From Camelus dromedarius (lineage: Eukaryota), in contig NC_087447.1 of assembly GCF_036321535.1 (NCBI RefSeq), positions 49,416,001-49,480,000 of the forward strand: a DNA stretch of 64,000 bases, read 5' to 3'. The translations under genes and the position numbers were made by a program. The notes beneath the pieces were generated by a model. It did no database searches, was not told where the DNA came from, and worked only from the letters and a program-made list of their open reading frames with translations. Below are positions 40,612-53,519 of this stretch, in pieces (positions within the stretch are counted from its first letter, which is position 1; each line of letters begins with the position of its first letter).

Positions 40612-42586
40612 TAACAGAAAAAGCACCAGAGTAGCAGCTTGGGGAGGGAAAAATACTCATTGAGGTGTACCACATATGCCGAAAAGTATGCAGGTTATTA
40701 GTATGCAGGTATACGGCTTGAATTACCAATGTGAACATCCCTGTATACCCATTACTCAGATTACTCCAGGAGGGGTGAAATTAAGTCTTGTTGCATAAAA
40801 TGATGGAATAAATGTAGAGCTTAGATGAGCATTCCATAATCACAGCCCATCCAAAAATGCAAACTACCTTAGCGGATGTCATCACCACTACTCCCAGACT
40901 CGGAATGATTTTTTCAGCCATCCTTTTCTTTGCCTCATTTCCTTTAAGGTTCAGGTTCCCAGGTGTGAGCATCTGACAGCTGTTCTTGTGGCCAGATTCA
41001 TGCAGTGATCCCCTCCCCCTTAGTAGGCAAGGTATTGATGCTGGGCAGTCAAAACCATGTTGTAAAATGGCCCTTGGGACCTGCTGTTGGAAACTGGCTG
41101 TTGGCAACATGGAAGCAAATGCCAAAGCCTTGCATGGGCTTTTCACCAAGAGGTTACCATCAGGTTCTGAAAATGTAGGTTCTGGTCATTAGGATTTCTG
41201 GCAGCTGTTTGGGGGGTCTCAAACAAAAGTCGGGTACTGATTGAACTGCTTACTTATCAGACAAGGAAAGAATATGTGCTGGAACGTGAGAGTGTGGGAA
41301 TAGGCCCAGAGGGCAAGCAAGGGTTGGAGACCAAGCAACTGCACCATCTAGAGAACCAGGAAAAGCACAGGAACTGGTGGGGTCAGGACAATGGTTAATT
41401 TTAGAGGGGATGACTTCTGCCTCCAGACAGAATCTGGTTTTGCAGGCTACTCAGTTGCAAAGGCTGTTGTAACCCACAGCCGAGTGTAGGCTGTATGTAG
41501 ATCTTTGTATCCTATATGCCCTCGCATCTACCCACCCCAGGGCAGCTAATCCTTTCCACTAGAAGCTGGGAAATGAGGCAAAAGCTATGAGGGTGTCAGA
41601 GCATAGTGAGGGTGGTGGATACCTTTCTCTGCAGAGCGCTTTACAAAGGAAACTCAGGGTTGTGGGGAGAATCTTGGCTTTGCAATTGGAGACGTGGGTT
41701 TAAATGCTGGCACCAGCACTGATTTACTGAGAGGATGACTGGATCTTTCTGATTCTCAACTATCTCACAGGGCTGTTGTGGGAGTTAAAGGAGTTGTAAA
41801 TATGAATGTTTCTTCAGTATTTATCGTTTAGTAATCTGGAGACAGTTCTAAGCCTAGGTCTTCAGGTAAGACTGAATTCAAAACCCAGATTCACAACTTG
41901 TAGCAGTATGAGCATGGGCACATCAGTTAGATATCTGTGCCTCTGTTCCGCTGTGTGCCACTGTGTGTTCTTGGCAGTGCCTGGCCCATAACAAAGTGCT
42001 CAGTGAATGCTGGCTGTTACTACTACCTGCTTAGCATATGCTCATGGAAACCTTTAATAGCTAACTTCATGGTAATAGATTCTCCCCATCCTAACTGTAA
42101 GGGCCCTGGCCACAGGGGACATGCTTTCTGGTTCTCCAGGGAGGTGGGCATAGCAGGGCATTTCACTAATCCCATGTTAATGGTGAGTGCCCTTTTTCTG
42201 TGCCATGTTTCATCTTGTGATTGTTTTTGAGCTCCAGTGATTGTATGTCAGTAAGGCCTACCAACATCAGACCAGGAAAACATTGACAGTCAACATTTTC
42301 TCGAGAGAGTTTTTCTTACTATTTTCTCAGAGACATGAGATTATCAGATGGCTACTAAACAAGCCATTTCCCTGTTACTAAAGCTACATTTGTAACTTGA
42401 TAAGCAGCATGACCGTGGTGATATAATTGTTACATGCCCTGAGGCTGCTTTGAACATCTTATTTAATCTTCCCAAAATCCCTGTAATGGGCAGATTCTCT
42501 TACTAACTTCATTTTACAGCAGTTTTAATTAACCCTTGCAATACATCTTAGGGGAATGTGTGATTTCTCTTAGGCTTTGGAAAATA

Positions 42587-42779
42587 CAGTTAACCTTTGA
42601 ACAATCAGGGTGGTAGGGGTGCAGACCCTAACATAGTCAACCCTCTGTGTACATGATTCCTCCATATCCACCTTTCAGCATCTGGATTCAACTAACCCCA
42701 GATAGTATAGTCCTGTAGTTTTAAAAAATTTGTGTTTAAGTGGACTGGATAGTTCACACCCATATTCAAGGGTCAGCTG
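42587..42779. mobile_element. Tigger2-family (Tc1/mariner) MITE
   Basis: TIRs cagttaacctttgaac / ttcaagggtcagctg flanked by TA duplication. Confidence 0.8.
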
Positions 42780-44036
42780 TATTTTGACTATCTTGAGCTC
42801 ACCATAACAACAGAAAAGATGGAGACCTGCAGCTCTGACATTCAAATGAAACCATGCCTCTGCTGCTCAGTCCTGTATTGTACCAACAGCTCAGTCACCC
42901 AGGTGCAGCTGTTCCTTTGTCCTCTTGAGTGGTGAGGGTGGCTGTGGTGGATTCATCCTATCCTCACCTGGCAGTCCTTTGGTTGGTGAGCCAGAGGAGC
43001 TGGACCCATTAAAATCCAAAATTGCCTAGAGGGTGGGTAGGGCTCCTGTAACCTTTAAAAATATGTTTGCTTTTCAGAGGGAGGGGAAGAGAGAGAGCAT
43101 AGGCACTGCAGTAGGGTCACTTTCTTATCAGGGAGGGGACCAGAGGAGATGGGTCTTTTGCTCACTGGTTTTACCCTCAATATACCAGGAAAAATAGTTA
43201 TGAATATTTACAGTCTGGGCCCAGAGACATGTTCCTTTTATGTTTTAAGTCACTTTACAAATAATTTACAGAAGTAAGAGTAAAGGCATAGTGGAAAAGA
43301 TTTATTACAAGTTTTAATAAGTACTCAGAAATATTAAAAATATAACAAGTATTAACAGCATAACAATATACTAAAAACATTGGATTGTAACCTTCATATG
43401 GGTGAATTGTGTAATGCGTGAATTGTGTCTCATTAAAGCTGTCGTGTATATGTATAAACTACACATATATGAATTAAAACAACAAACACCTTCACATTTT
43501 ACTTGTCTTGAAGGCATGTATACTCTAAATAAGCCTTGTCACTTGATGCAAAGAAATGCTCATTAACTGCCATGAAGTGAAGGTATTCATCTTGTAACTT
43601 GATTCTAGATATCAAATACATCTAATGAGCTCTAGCTTCTGGGGCCTTTTTGGTTTTGTTTTACACTTGGATTGTCAACATGCAGTGCTTTTAAGATTTT
43701 TGGTTGCTCGTAATTTTTTTTGAAGAGTGGACAACCATTTACTTAATAATTTTGAAACATTTTCACTTTTAGATTTATAAGGGTCAATTCAAATGACCAA
43801 TGCAATGAATTTTTAAAATTTCTACTGCATCTATTTCCCTCCATTTATCTTTGTATACAGCTGCCTTCAGCATGTCTCTACTTCTGAACTGTAACAAACT
43901 GCCAAGTAAATTTGGGGGCATAGGCATCATGAAATATTATTGTCACACCACCTTTGAGCAAAACAGGATAGTCCAGGTTTTTGTCATAAAGAATTGGGTG
44001 ATGAAATCTTTCCTCTTGAACAACTTAACTGAATAA

Positions 44037-44160
44037 AGTAGTCCCCTCTTATTCACAGGGGATATGTTCTAAGACCTTGGGATGCTTGAAACTGCAGATA
44101 GTACGGAACCCTATATGTTTTCCTATACTAATGAATGGGTAGTGTATACGGCATGGATAT
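44037..44160. mobile_element. Tigger5/MER47-like fragment
   Basis: agtagtcccctcttattcacaggggatatgttc...gatagtacggaaccctatat. Confidence 0.6.
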
Positions 44161-46560
44161 ATTTTAAATTTATGAAAGAATCCATCAAATCCATACAGTA
44201 ATTGCAAAATAAAATGTTTTGCTCTGTTTTTTAAAAAAATAAGCAAATTTCTCATTGTTCTTTAGAAGCCCACTAAGAAAGAACAATCATAAATTACCAA
44301 TCCTTACAAATAGAACTACTCAAAAAAGAAACTGAAAAATTAAATTTGGGTCCAAAGGCTTCTGATGGCATACCAAGAGTTAAGTCTGTTCTCATCTGGG
44401 GAAAGGATGGCAAAACCATGTGTGGCTAAGGGGTCATGGACTTGTGGTCTGGCTTCCTGCTGAACTGAATGTAACAGTTCACATTCAGCAGGCAGCCCAG
44501 AGGCCCAGAGAGCAATGGGCTAGGAGCCAGGGAGACCCTCTTTATATAGTCTCAGTCTAATCAGTAGTCCTAGGAAGTTAGGACATATGGGTGTCAACTT
44601 TTGCTTGTGTTCCTATGAGCCTCACTCACCAGGAGCATGCACCATGTCTTCCCTTATCAAGTCGGAAGCCCAGAAGGTCAGGGATAATACCGTATCAGGC
44701 TGGAATTTCCCATGGTGGAAATGATGTGTCTTCTACTTTTTCAACAACTCCAGTGCTGCACTCCAATCATTTTCTCAGATTAGCAGAGGCTGCATGGAGA
44801 GAACAGGCTTTGGAGATAGCTGGACCTGAGCTGGAATCCTGGCTCTGTCACCACTCGACCTGCACCATGACCTTAGTAAGCAAGTCACTTCATAAATCTG
44901 AATCTGTTCCCTCATTTGTAAGGGGCTGGAGGGTGGAGGCAATAGTGCCTACCTCACAAGCATTATGCGATGGAAATAAAGGAAACTTTGATTTCATGTG
45001 TTCAGTGGGAGGTCTTACGGTCACTGGAGGACACAGAGATGAAGCTGATACCTTCCCTGCCTCAAGAGGCATCCTATGGGTGTGTCAGGAGAGACCAGAG
45101 ATGTCACATAAAGGCCTGACCATATGTCAGGTGATAGAAGGGCTGATAAGGAAGGGGCACAAGGAGGAAGTGGTCAGCTGTGGGGTGGAGTGTGTCAGGT
45201 CTGCCAGGTAGGGCAGGAAAGAGCCATCAGGACTTGCATGAGAGAGCACTAGGGGCACAAATGGCCATCATGTGGGAAAGCTAGGCAATCTGCCTGGCTA
45301 CACAGAAGTGCTCATCCTAGGTAAGGCACCCATGTCCCAGAGAAGAGCTTGCCCTGGATTTGCCCCTACCTTCCTCTCTTGTCTTCTGCCTGGGTAGGCA
45401 AGTGATAATGGCGCCTTTGCTTTGTCCTGAGTGTTATCTGTGGGGTGGGAGCAGGCAGGCTCTGAGGCTGGGCTTTTACCTCACTCCCCTCCCACTCTGC
45501 CATTATCAGCTGTGTCCAGATGGTCACAGGCTCCCTAATCTGGGATAATCCCAGCTGGGACCCAGGCCTTTGTGCTGGGCTGTGCTGGGCCAGCCCCAGC
45601 TGGAGAGATCCCGCAGACAGGGCCTTGGGGCTTTGGAAGATAGAGGGGGGCACGGAGCTGGCCCTATGCTGGAGGGGATGGAGGAGCACATGACAGCTCT
45701 TCAAAAAGCAATCTGAGTGTAAATAAGGAGAGCCCCAGATGGGGCCTGACCATCTCCTCCAGGCCTCAGAAATACAGGCACAGCACCTGAACCACTGGGC
45801 CTTGCCTCACAGAATCTGTGGCATCCTTTGTTCCTTTTTATTTCCTCCACTGAGCTCACTCCTCCTGACCCAGCAATTTTCTGTTGTTGCCCTAGAGCCC
45901 CGGCTAAACCTGGTGCTTACAATGGCATCAGGTGCTTGTGCCCCCTGTTAATGTTGAGACGTGTCCAGGGCTGATTGGAGTCTTAGGGGCCTGTGATTCT
46001 GGAGCGTACCACCCTGTCTCTCGAGTTTGCTGTGAGCCTTGACCTCAAGGCTGCTCAGTTGTACACCTGTCTTTGTTCTGTTTTGCTTCAACTTCTTTTA
46101 TGAGTTGGGGAACCCCACCTTGGCCCAGGCTTCTAGCAGTGAGCCTGGTTTGGAATCCTGTTTTTAAGGCTTTTATCCCAGAGTCTGAATCCAAGAGCTT
46201 GAGCTACTGCCTGCCTTATGGTTTTACAGTTCTGTTTCTGGTTCTCATACGTGTTTGCTTATAAGCTTGTGCCTCTTTTTAGTTGTCTAGATTTTAATTT
46301 TATCTATCATTTCTACGTGTTTGAATTGGTGAAGGTGGTTTAGAAAGGGAGAACCATCCGGTCCATAAGTGCCTCATAGATTCTGAAGTTTCATGAAATA
46401 AGTCATAGATTCTGCCTCTTATTAAGTATATGGCCTTGGGTGAGTCTCCTCATCTTTTTAAGCCAGTTCCTTCTCTGTTAAAATGCAGATATTAGTAGCT
46501 AGCTCACTAAAAGTTAAAAAAGCAAACTGCTGATAACCTGAAATTTAAGAATAGTGGCTG

Positions 46561-46680
46561 CTGGGGGCTGGCGGTGGTGGTTGGGGTTTGGGGTATGGCT
46601 AAGTGGTAGAGTGCATTCTTTGCATGCACGGAGTCCTGGGTTTAATCCCTAGTACCTATGTTAACAAAAACAAACAAAAG
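46561..46680 (+). mobile_element. Diverged tRNA-Ala-derived SINE (Vic-1-like)
   Basis: ggtatggctaagtggtagagtgc...gtcctgggtttaatccctagtacc, A tail, TSD-like aatagtggctg / aatagtgactg. Confidence 0.75.
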
Positions 46681-47001
46681 AAAATAGTGACTGTTCTTGG
46701 GAAGAATGGGGTAAGAAATGGGTTTGGGGCCTACAAAGGCATTTGTAGTGATCTATTTATTAAGTTAGGTGGTGGGAACACACTTATTTTATTATAATTT
46801 TTAAACTGTACAAAATATTTTTTCTTACATATGAAATATTTCATAATTTTTAAAAATGTCCACACTGCTATTATGAAGGTAAATGAGGTAACCATATATG
46901 AAGGTGCTTTGTAAAGAGTCAAAACAAGGAGCAGGTATTGGGTATCACTTCTCTTAGCTAAGGAGGCTCAAGCTGGAACACAGACCCAACCTTTGAAGGT
47001 T

Positions 47002-47007
47002 TTTATT
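47002..47007 (-). terminator. KLHL35: Probable KLHL35 polyadenylation signal AATAAA
   Basis: First minus-strand AATAAA, ~110 nt after the stop codon. Confidence 0.65.
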
Positions 47008-47117
47008 TCTACGAGAAAAAGGGCAGTAAGTTAAGAGGCTCTTTACATGGAGGTGCCATGAGGGGAGCAGTGGTGAGCCTGAATTCTCCCCTCCCCACCT
47101 CCTGGCTCAGGTATGAG

Positions 47118-47306
47118 TCACCTGCCCAGGCTCTGGATGATGGTGACGCAGCCATGGGAGCTGATGCAGCGCTGCAGAGGTGGCTGGGCCTCTACCTGCC
47201 CACTGCTGGGGTCAAAGGTGAAGACCTTGTCGGTGCTTTCCCCGTGATCATCCCGCCCACCAAGGATGTGGACTTTCCCGTCACACACAGTCACGCCGCA
47301 GCTCTC
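47118..47306 (-). CDS. KLHL35: Kelch-like 35, last coding exon (ESCGVTVCDGKVHILGG...QSLGR*)
   Basis: CAG acceptor, kelch GG motif, TGA 47118-47120; six exons sum to 1749 nt = 582 aa + stop. Confidence 0.93.
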   Translation of the reverse strand, partial: ESCGVTVCDGKVHILGGRDDHGESTDKVFTFDPSSGQVEAQPPLQRCISSHGCVTIIQSLGR

Positions 47307-48227
47307 CTGGGTGGACAAACAGACAATTAGCTACAATGTCCAGCCTGTCCCTAGATAGCCAGGTCAGACAAGAAAGCTTTGACCCACAAAATAAAAGCAG
47401 GCCGTCTGGATGGCAGGCAGGAATTGCATGGACCTGACTTCAGGCTCTAGCTTGACCCTTACTAAATGAATAGGCTTAGACAAGTCACTTCACTTTTCTG
47501 GGCCTCAGTTTCCTCATCTGCAAAGTGAGAAGAGTAATAGTAGCTTCTTCATAAAGTTCCCTTAACAGTTAATGAGCTTAAGCTTGGAAAGCATTTTACA
47601 CAGTGCCTGGAATATAGTAAGCATTCCATTAAGAATTACCACCCCACCAACTTAGGATCTCAGACTCAGAAAAGCCAGAAATCTCAGGCTCTTAGTATCA
47701 CAGGAGGTCAGAGCTGGCAGGGACCACCAATCCATCCACACCACTATAGAGTCTTTGGAGTTTTGGAAAGGGAACAGAACAGTGTGGGGAGACAAGGAAT
47801 GCAAGGGCCAAGCTTCCAGGGCCTAGACTTCCCTTCTTTCATATCACTGGGACAAGGCAACTTAGCAAGTCCCTTTTCCATTCTCCCTCCTCCCCCCACA
47901 GTAGGCTACCAGCTAGTGGCCTTCAGAGCAGGAGAGACTGCAGGGTCATTGAGACCAAGCCCCACATCCAAGGCTACAGCACTTGGAACTGGGGTTCGAG
48001 GTTCTGCCTTTCATGGCCTAACTGGTGGCCTCAACCTCTCTAAGGCTACTCTCCTTATCTTCAAAGTGCAAGGCTGATTATCATTGTAAGGACAAAGCTA
48101 GAGAACTATGTAAAACCACCTAGCATGGAGTCAGACACAAGACTCACTACCTCTGGGATCCAGATCCTTAGAAGTGGGTCTTCACTCTCCTAAATGGAAC
48201 CAGTGTCAGGGCTGTGCCTCCACTTAC

Positions 48228-48416
48228 CACAGGGCTGGGGAGGACAGCTGCCTCCCCCCAGACATCTGTGCCAGGGTCGTAGGTGAAGATTTTGCGCATG
48301 AGGCCCCCGACCACATAGATGCTGTCATTCAGGGAGACAGCCTCGAGGCATCGCTGTGAGAAGGGTGCTGGTGACCGCAGGCTCCACCGGTCCTCCTTGG
48401 GGTCAAAGCACTGCAC
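48228..48416 (-). CDS. KLHL35: KLHL35 coding exon 5 (VQCFDPKEDRW...LPSPV)
   Basis: AG/GTAAGT, 189 nt, kelch repeats. Confidence 0.95.
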
Positions 48417-49733
48417 CTGAGGGGCAGGAGGAGCGGTAGTGAAGACTTAACCCCCAACTGCCCTGTTGCCCACACCGTTCATCTCTCTCTGTCGGGGGGA
48501 CTTACTCAGCACATTTACCTATGTCTGCCAGGCCTGAGCTAGCGTCCCTACCCTCAGATGTGCTCATCCTGGTTCCATGTTCTACCCCCAGCTCCTGGAC
48601 TCCCATTGTCAAAAGCCTCTTCATCTTTCAAGGTCCAGGAAGAGGTCTGCATCCCAGGAGTCTGCATTAGTCTGTATTAGTGCTATAGGTAGTTCTCAGA
48701 GCAGGTGCCCCATAGAGATGCATTCTTGGCTGCTTATACTATCAACCCTCTTCCCCTTTCATGTGGTCTGAGGTCATGAAAAGATTCCAGCTGGGGTGTC
48801 TTGCAGCCTCCATTCCTACCATTGTCCAGAGGCCTCCCAGGCCCATGGGTGTTTACGACACCTTCCACAGTTTCTAAGGGCTCATACCTGTACATGCCTG
48901 CTCACTTTACTCCCTGTTTCCTCAATTATTGCCTTGGAAACCCCCAGAATGGCTTGTTTACATCAGTGCTGCACAAGATGGTACCAAAGGGCATTCCCCT
49001 AGCCAGCCCAGGAAGGTGTGCTGGGAGTGGAGTCGGAATAAGGAGGTGAGGGATCCTACTTTGGGAAAGAGTCAGATCCCAGGACCACAGGCTTGTGAGG
49101 CCATCAGGGCAGGGAGGGAGCTGCCACAATGAAGGTCAATTTTTATTCAAAAAAATCCTAGATGTCCAATATCAGAAAGTTTGGTAGACTATGATTCATC
49201 CACCCAGTGGATTATTACACAGACACTGAAATGATGGCTGTGAAGAGTTTCTAAGCATGTGGAAAGTACTTGGAAGAAAAAGCGGAATGCAAAATTCTAC
49301 TAACAGTAGGAACACAAAACTAAAAAGCTAAAGCCGATTCAGAGGAAGCTTAGAAGGCAATGCACAAAAATATATTAATAGCAATAGTTATCCTTAGGTG
49401 GTGAGATTATGAATGTTTTTTTCCTATTTCTGTTTTCTAGATTTTCAATCATGAGTGTATTTTTTTTAATGGAAGAAAAGCATTTAAACTAATCCCACCC
49501 TTGCCCTCACTTAATTTTTAAAATCTACAAAACCCATATGGAACCAACCCAAACGTTTGGGTCCAGACCTACTGTTTGACCTTGGGGTCGCTTCTCTGAA
49601 TTCATTTCCTTGCCTGAAACATTGGGGGTAACTCCTCAGGGCTGTCGATGAGATTAAGTGAGAAAACAGGACATGAAAGCCCCAACTCTGTGCCTGGCAG
49701 ACAGCAGACTTCCACTGCCCTCTCCCCACCCAC

Positions 49734-49922
49734 CTTATTGGTGCTGACGCCGTCCTGCTTGGCGCCCCCGATCACGTAGAGCCGGCCCACGCAGGGCGCC
49801 ACGGCGGCGGAGCTCACCCCCTCTGGGAGTGGTGCGACTGCCGCCCAGGTGTTGGAAAAGGGGTCATAGCGTTCCACGCTGCGCAGGCGCCGCAGGCCGT
49901 CGAAGCCGCCCACTGCGAACAG
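49734..49922 (-). CDS. KLHL35: KLHL35 coding exon 4 (LFAVGGFDGLRRLRSVERYDP...STNK)
   Basis: AG/GTGGGT, 189 nt, kelch repeats. Confidence 0.95.
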
Positions 49923-50576
49923 CTGCGGATGAAGAGGGTCAGGAAGGTCGCAAGAGTTAACGAAGCCTGCATCTCCCGCCCACAGCGTTAAGGGCCAGAC
50001 CCACCTGTGGGCTCATCCCAGCTCCTGGCTCCTCCACCCCTCCCTCCGCCTCCGGTTCTACCCTACCCCCCACCCCGCCACAGCCTCCCCTTTACTGAAC
50101 CTTCCTTAGCAGATTTCATCTACCGACTGGGGATAATGACATTGGTTTGTAGGATGGGTACTGAATGAGGATTAGATCTGTAAAGTACTTGGCACCAAGT
50201 TGTTGCTTAATACAAATAGGTAGTAATTTCTTAGGGGTTTACCACCTTAGAAATGATTCTAAGAAGCACTTTCGGAATTCAGGATGTAGCTTACAAAGAT
50301 AATTGGCAGATATTTTTTTTCTTTCATTTTGGTCTTAAGTGGCAAAGTCAAGATTCAGACGTAGGCTGTTTGGCCCCATGTTGCACATCCTTGTTGCTAT
50401 ATTAGGTTGTACTATTACAGTAATTGTTATTATTAACATTATGCAACTTTGGGCAATTCCTTTTCCTTTGGGGGGTTTCACATCCCTTCTTAGAAAGAGA
50501 ATTGTAGACGGCCTTTCCCCAGGAATCTATAAATCTCTACCTTGGGCTCAGGGCAGCAGCTGCTGGGTGTCCCTAC

Positions 50577-50695
50577 CTGCCCCTGCATGACCGCCATCTT
50601 GTGCCTCCACCTGCCCTTGTGCAGTGAGGCCACCTTGATCCAGGTATGCAGATGCGAGCTAAACATCCACACATCACGGCTGTTGATGTGACCTC
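50577..50695 (-). CDS. KLHL35: KLHL35 coding exon 3 (GGHINSRDVWMF...MQGQ)
   Basis: AG/GTAGGG, 119 nt, phases compatible with neighbours. Confidence 0.94.
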
Positions 50696-52213
50696 CTAGA
50701 GTGAGAGAAGCAGCTTTTGATCCCAGGTCCTCTTGCTATCCCCAGCACTTCTAAGGAGCTAGAGACAAGGGTCCCCAGATCCAAAAGGTTTAAAGGTAGA
50801 CAACAGGGAAGACTTCCCCCTGGGCTTATGTGAGACTCTGGGTCTCTGACCCAGACAGTGTGCTTTGAATGAGCAGTGGGAATGTCTGAATTAGAACAAC
50901 AGGCAGAAAGTCTTGAAGGGAGAGGCCTGAGAGATTCTGAGAGAAGGCCTGAGAGATTCTGAGAGAAGCTGATCTTCACTGGGTGCCTTGTGGTGGTGTA
51001 TTAGGCTCTGTGCTCAGGGAAGCAAAGAGAGGGGGCACTTACCACTCTACAGAAGGTAGTGGCCTCTCACTGCCAGAGCAATGACCAGAATTTCCAGTCC
51101 CCCACACTCAGCATTGGTATGCCCCAAGTGATTGGCTGAGGTGGTATTGCAGAGCCAGTTGGGCCAGGCACTGGGAGTGCAGGTTGTGGGCTCTCCCAGT
51201 GTCTGGTCATCCTGGGGTTCCTGACCAGTGACTCACCTCTCAGGAGCAACCTTCCCAGGGACAACCCTAGCTGCACCCCTCAGCCTGGGCCTGATCTTAT
51301 CTGCTTGTTTTGTAACCCTTGCTGTGTATTTCCAGTGTATCAGGCAGAGGCCCCACATGTTGCTCAGTGGCCATCAGTGGTCTTGAATAAGTTATCCAGT
51401 AATAAAGTATGGCCTGGTTGGTTGCTGAGGCCTTCCTGGCTCATTCTCCTTAACCTTCCCAGGTACCCACAGCTCCCTACTACATCACGTGCAGTCTACT
51501 TAGGCCTGGATTCAAAGCCTCCCTGATGTGACTCCAGACTCCCTTTTCTGCCCTGTCTACAATTGTGTCCCTGCCTCTCCCAGAGACATTCACCTGCACT
51601 TTGGAGACCTGAGTAAGCAGGGTTCCTGCCTGCTTTCATGTCTTTGCCTATGCTGTTCCCTCCAATTTTCAAGGTCTAGCTGAAAAATCATCCCTTCCAT
51701 GAACTTGGACCAGATTCCTTGATTGGGAATCCAGATCACATAGGGACTCAGAGCTCTGATCCCATTCTGCTTGGTGGTAAAGTGAAGTCTATGTCTCCCC
51801 TACTCCAGGGGAGCAGGCACTGTGTTTTATTCTCTGAGTCTTTAGGACCCAGATCTCAGATGTCAGACTAATATTTGCCATTTTCAAGACAACAGGGAAA
51901 TTCTTAGTCTCCCTATAAAATTTGGTTGTCCTGGGAATTAAATAATCTAAGCTGTTTAGCATAATGCACAGCACATGGTAGACTAGATGAAGAGAAGTGA
52001 TTAATATAACCTGAATTGAAGTAAGCATTGCTGAATAAAGGGTGGAGTCACACCAGTGATTGGCTCTGCAGTACCACTTCAGCCAATAACTGTAGGTTAT
52101 CTGGAAAGATCCCGCCCCCCCCGCCATCCCAGTTGGAGGGAAGAACAAAGAGGGCAGTGTGCGGGAGATGGTGAGCCAATCCTGTGGGACGCTGGCTGCG
52201 GCTCCGCCCTCAC

Positions 52214-52398
52214 CAGAGACATAGACATCATTGCGGAGAGTACAGGTTGCGAACTCTGAGCGCGTGTATCCCGGCAAGCTGGGCAGCGGGGTCCAGCGCT
52301 GGCTTTCTGGATGGTAGATGTCAGCGAAGGGAAGCTTCAGGAGCCCTTTGCGGTCGCAACCGCCAATGACCACGATCACTTCAGCTAGGTCCATGAAT
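52214..52398 (-). CDS. KLHL35: KLHL35 coding exon 2 (FMDLAEVIVVIGGCD...DVYVS-G)
   Basis: AG/GTGAGG, 185 nt, first kelch repeat. Confidence 0.95.
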
Positions 52399-53519
52399 CT
52401 GGTGTGGGGACAAGCCCAGTGCTGGTTGACCCGCACCCAGGTTTCAGCCCTCTTACCCTCTTGTTGACCGCACTGCCTTCCCATGCCCTTCTGCTCCCCA
52501 CCCTTCCCATGCTGGACTCTGCCACTTCCAACCTTCTCTCTAGTAATTGATAGGAAGAGCGTCACTACTCCTTACCCTATTCTACTGACCTCAGAGTTAC
52601 AGGAAAGGAACTTTACAGAGCCCATACCCTTACCTAGAAAAATCACCTCGTTTAATCCTTATGACAGTTCTGTTAGGGAGGGATTATTACTCCTTTTACA
52701 GAGGAGGAAACAGGCTCACAGACTTTGGCTTGCCAAAAGTCATGTAGCCAAAAATGACAGAGCTGGAATTCAAGCCCAGGTTGGTCTGCCACTAACCCAT
52801 TCTCTTCACCCTTGTCTGACCTCCATCATGGACTGCTAATTCTGCTGCATCCCTCCTCTGGTAACCATCTCCTAAACCCATCCCCTAATCATGAAATACA
52901 CTGAGCCAGGCTATACACCTTTTCAGCAAACATTCCCCCTCCCACTGACCCCTCAGGCTTCTGACTTCACCAGAATTTCCAGACCCTTTAGCCAATGGTT
53001 TACTGCCTAATCCTTTAACAAATATTGAACATCTTCTTGCACTAACTAGGCCCTGAGTTAAGTGTTGAAGATACAGTAATGAGTAAGACAGAACCCGTCT
53101 CTTATTCCCCTGAGGGTGACAGACCATCTTGACCACTCCACTCAAAATCTAACAGTCTGCATTCCAGGGGTGGGAGTAGGCCTTTTTCATTTTTTCCCCA
53201 CGCCCTGCCTATTTGTACCCTTTACTAGATTGCGCTCCTAGAGGGTAAGGGGTGTTTTCAGATCACTCCTGAGTGTGGGGCACGAGACAGAATATGCGCG
53301 AGGTGTGAGGTCCCTGCATTTCTTCATTGAATTGTGAACTCTTAAGGGCAGAATGCCCAGCACCAAGCCTATGAAATGTCTGTTGAATGTATGACTGGAT
53401 CTCTTTCAAGAGGCACTGTCAAGTGCTTGGGTTAAAGGATGGTGGAGGAGTGAGTGAGAAGTGAGTTGAAGAACACAGGAATAAGGGAAGGCATGAGGCA
53501 AGGGGGCAGGTAGCTGTAC

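Noticed and set aside
44591..45211. 206-aa ORF between RPS3 and KLHL35 (likewise 24200-24724 and 59594-60274)
   Set aside because: Run through MIR/L2 remnants, AT-rich intergenic DNA or the GDPD5 3'UTR; no domain or splice support.
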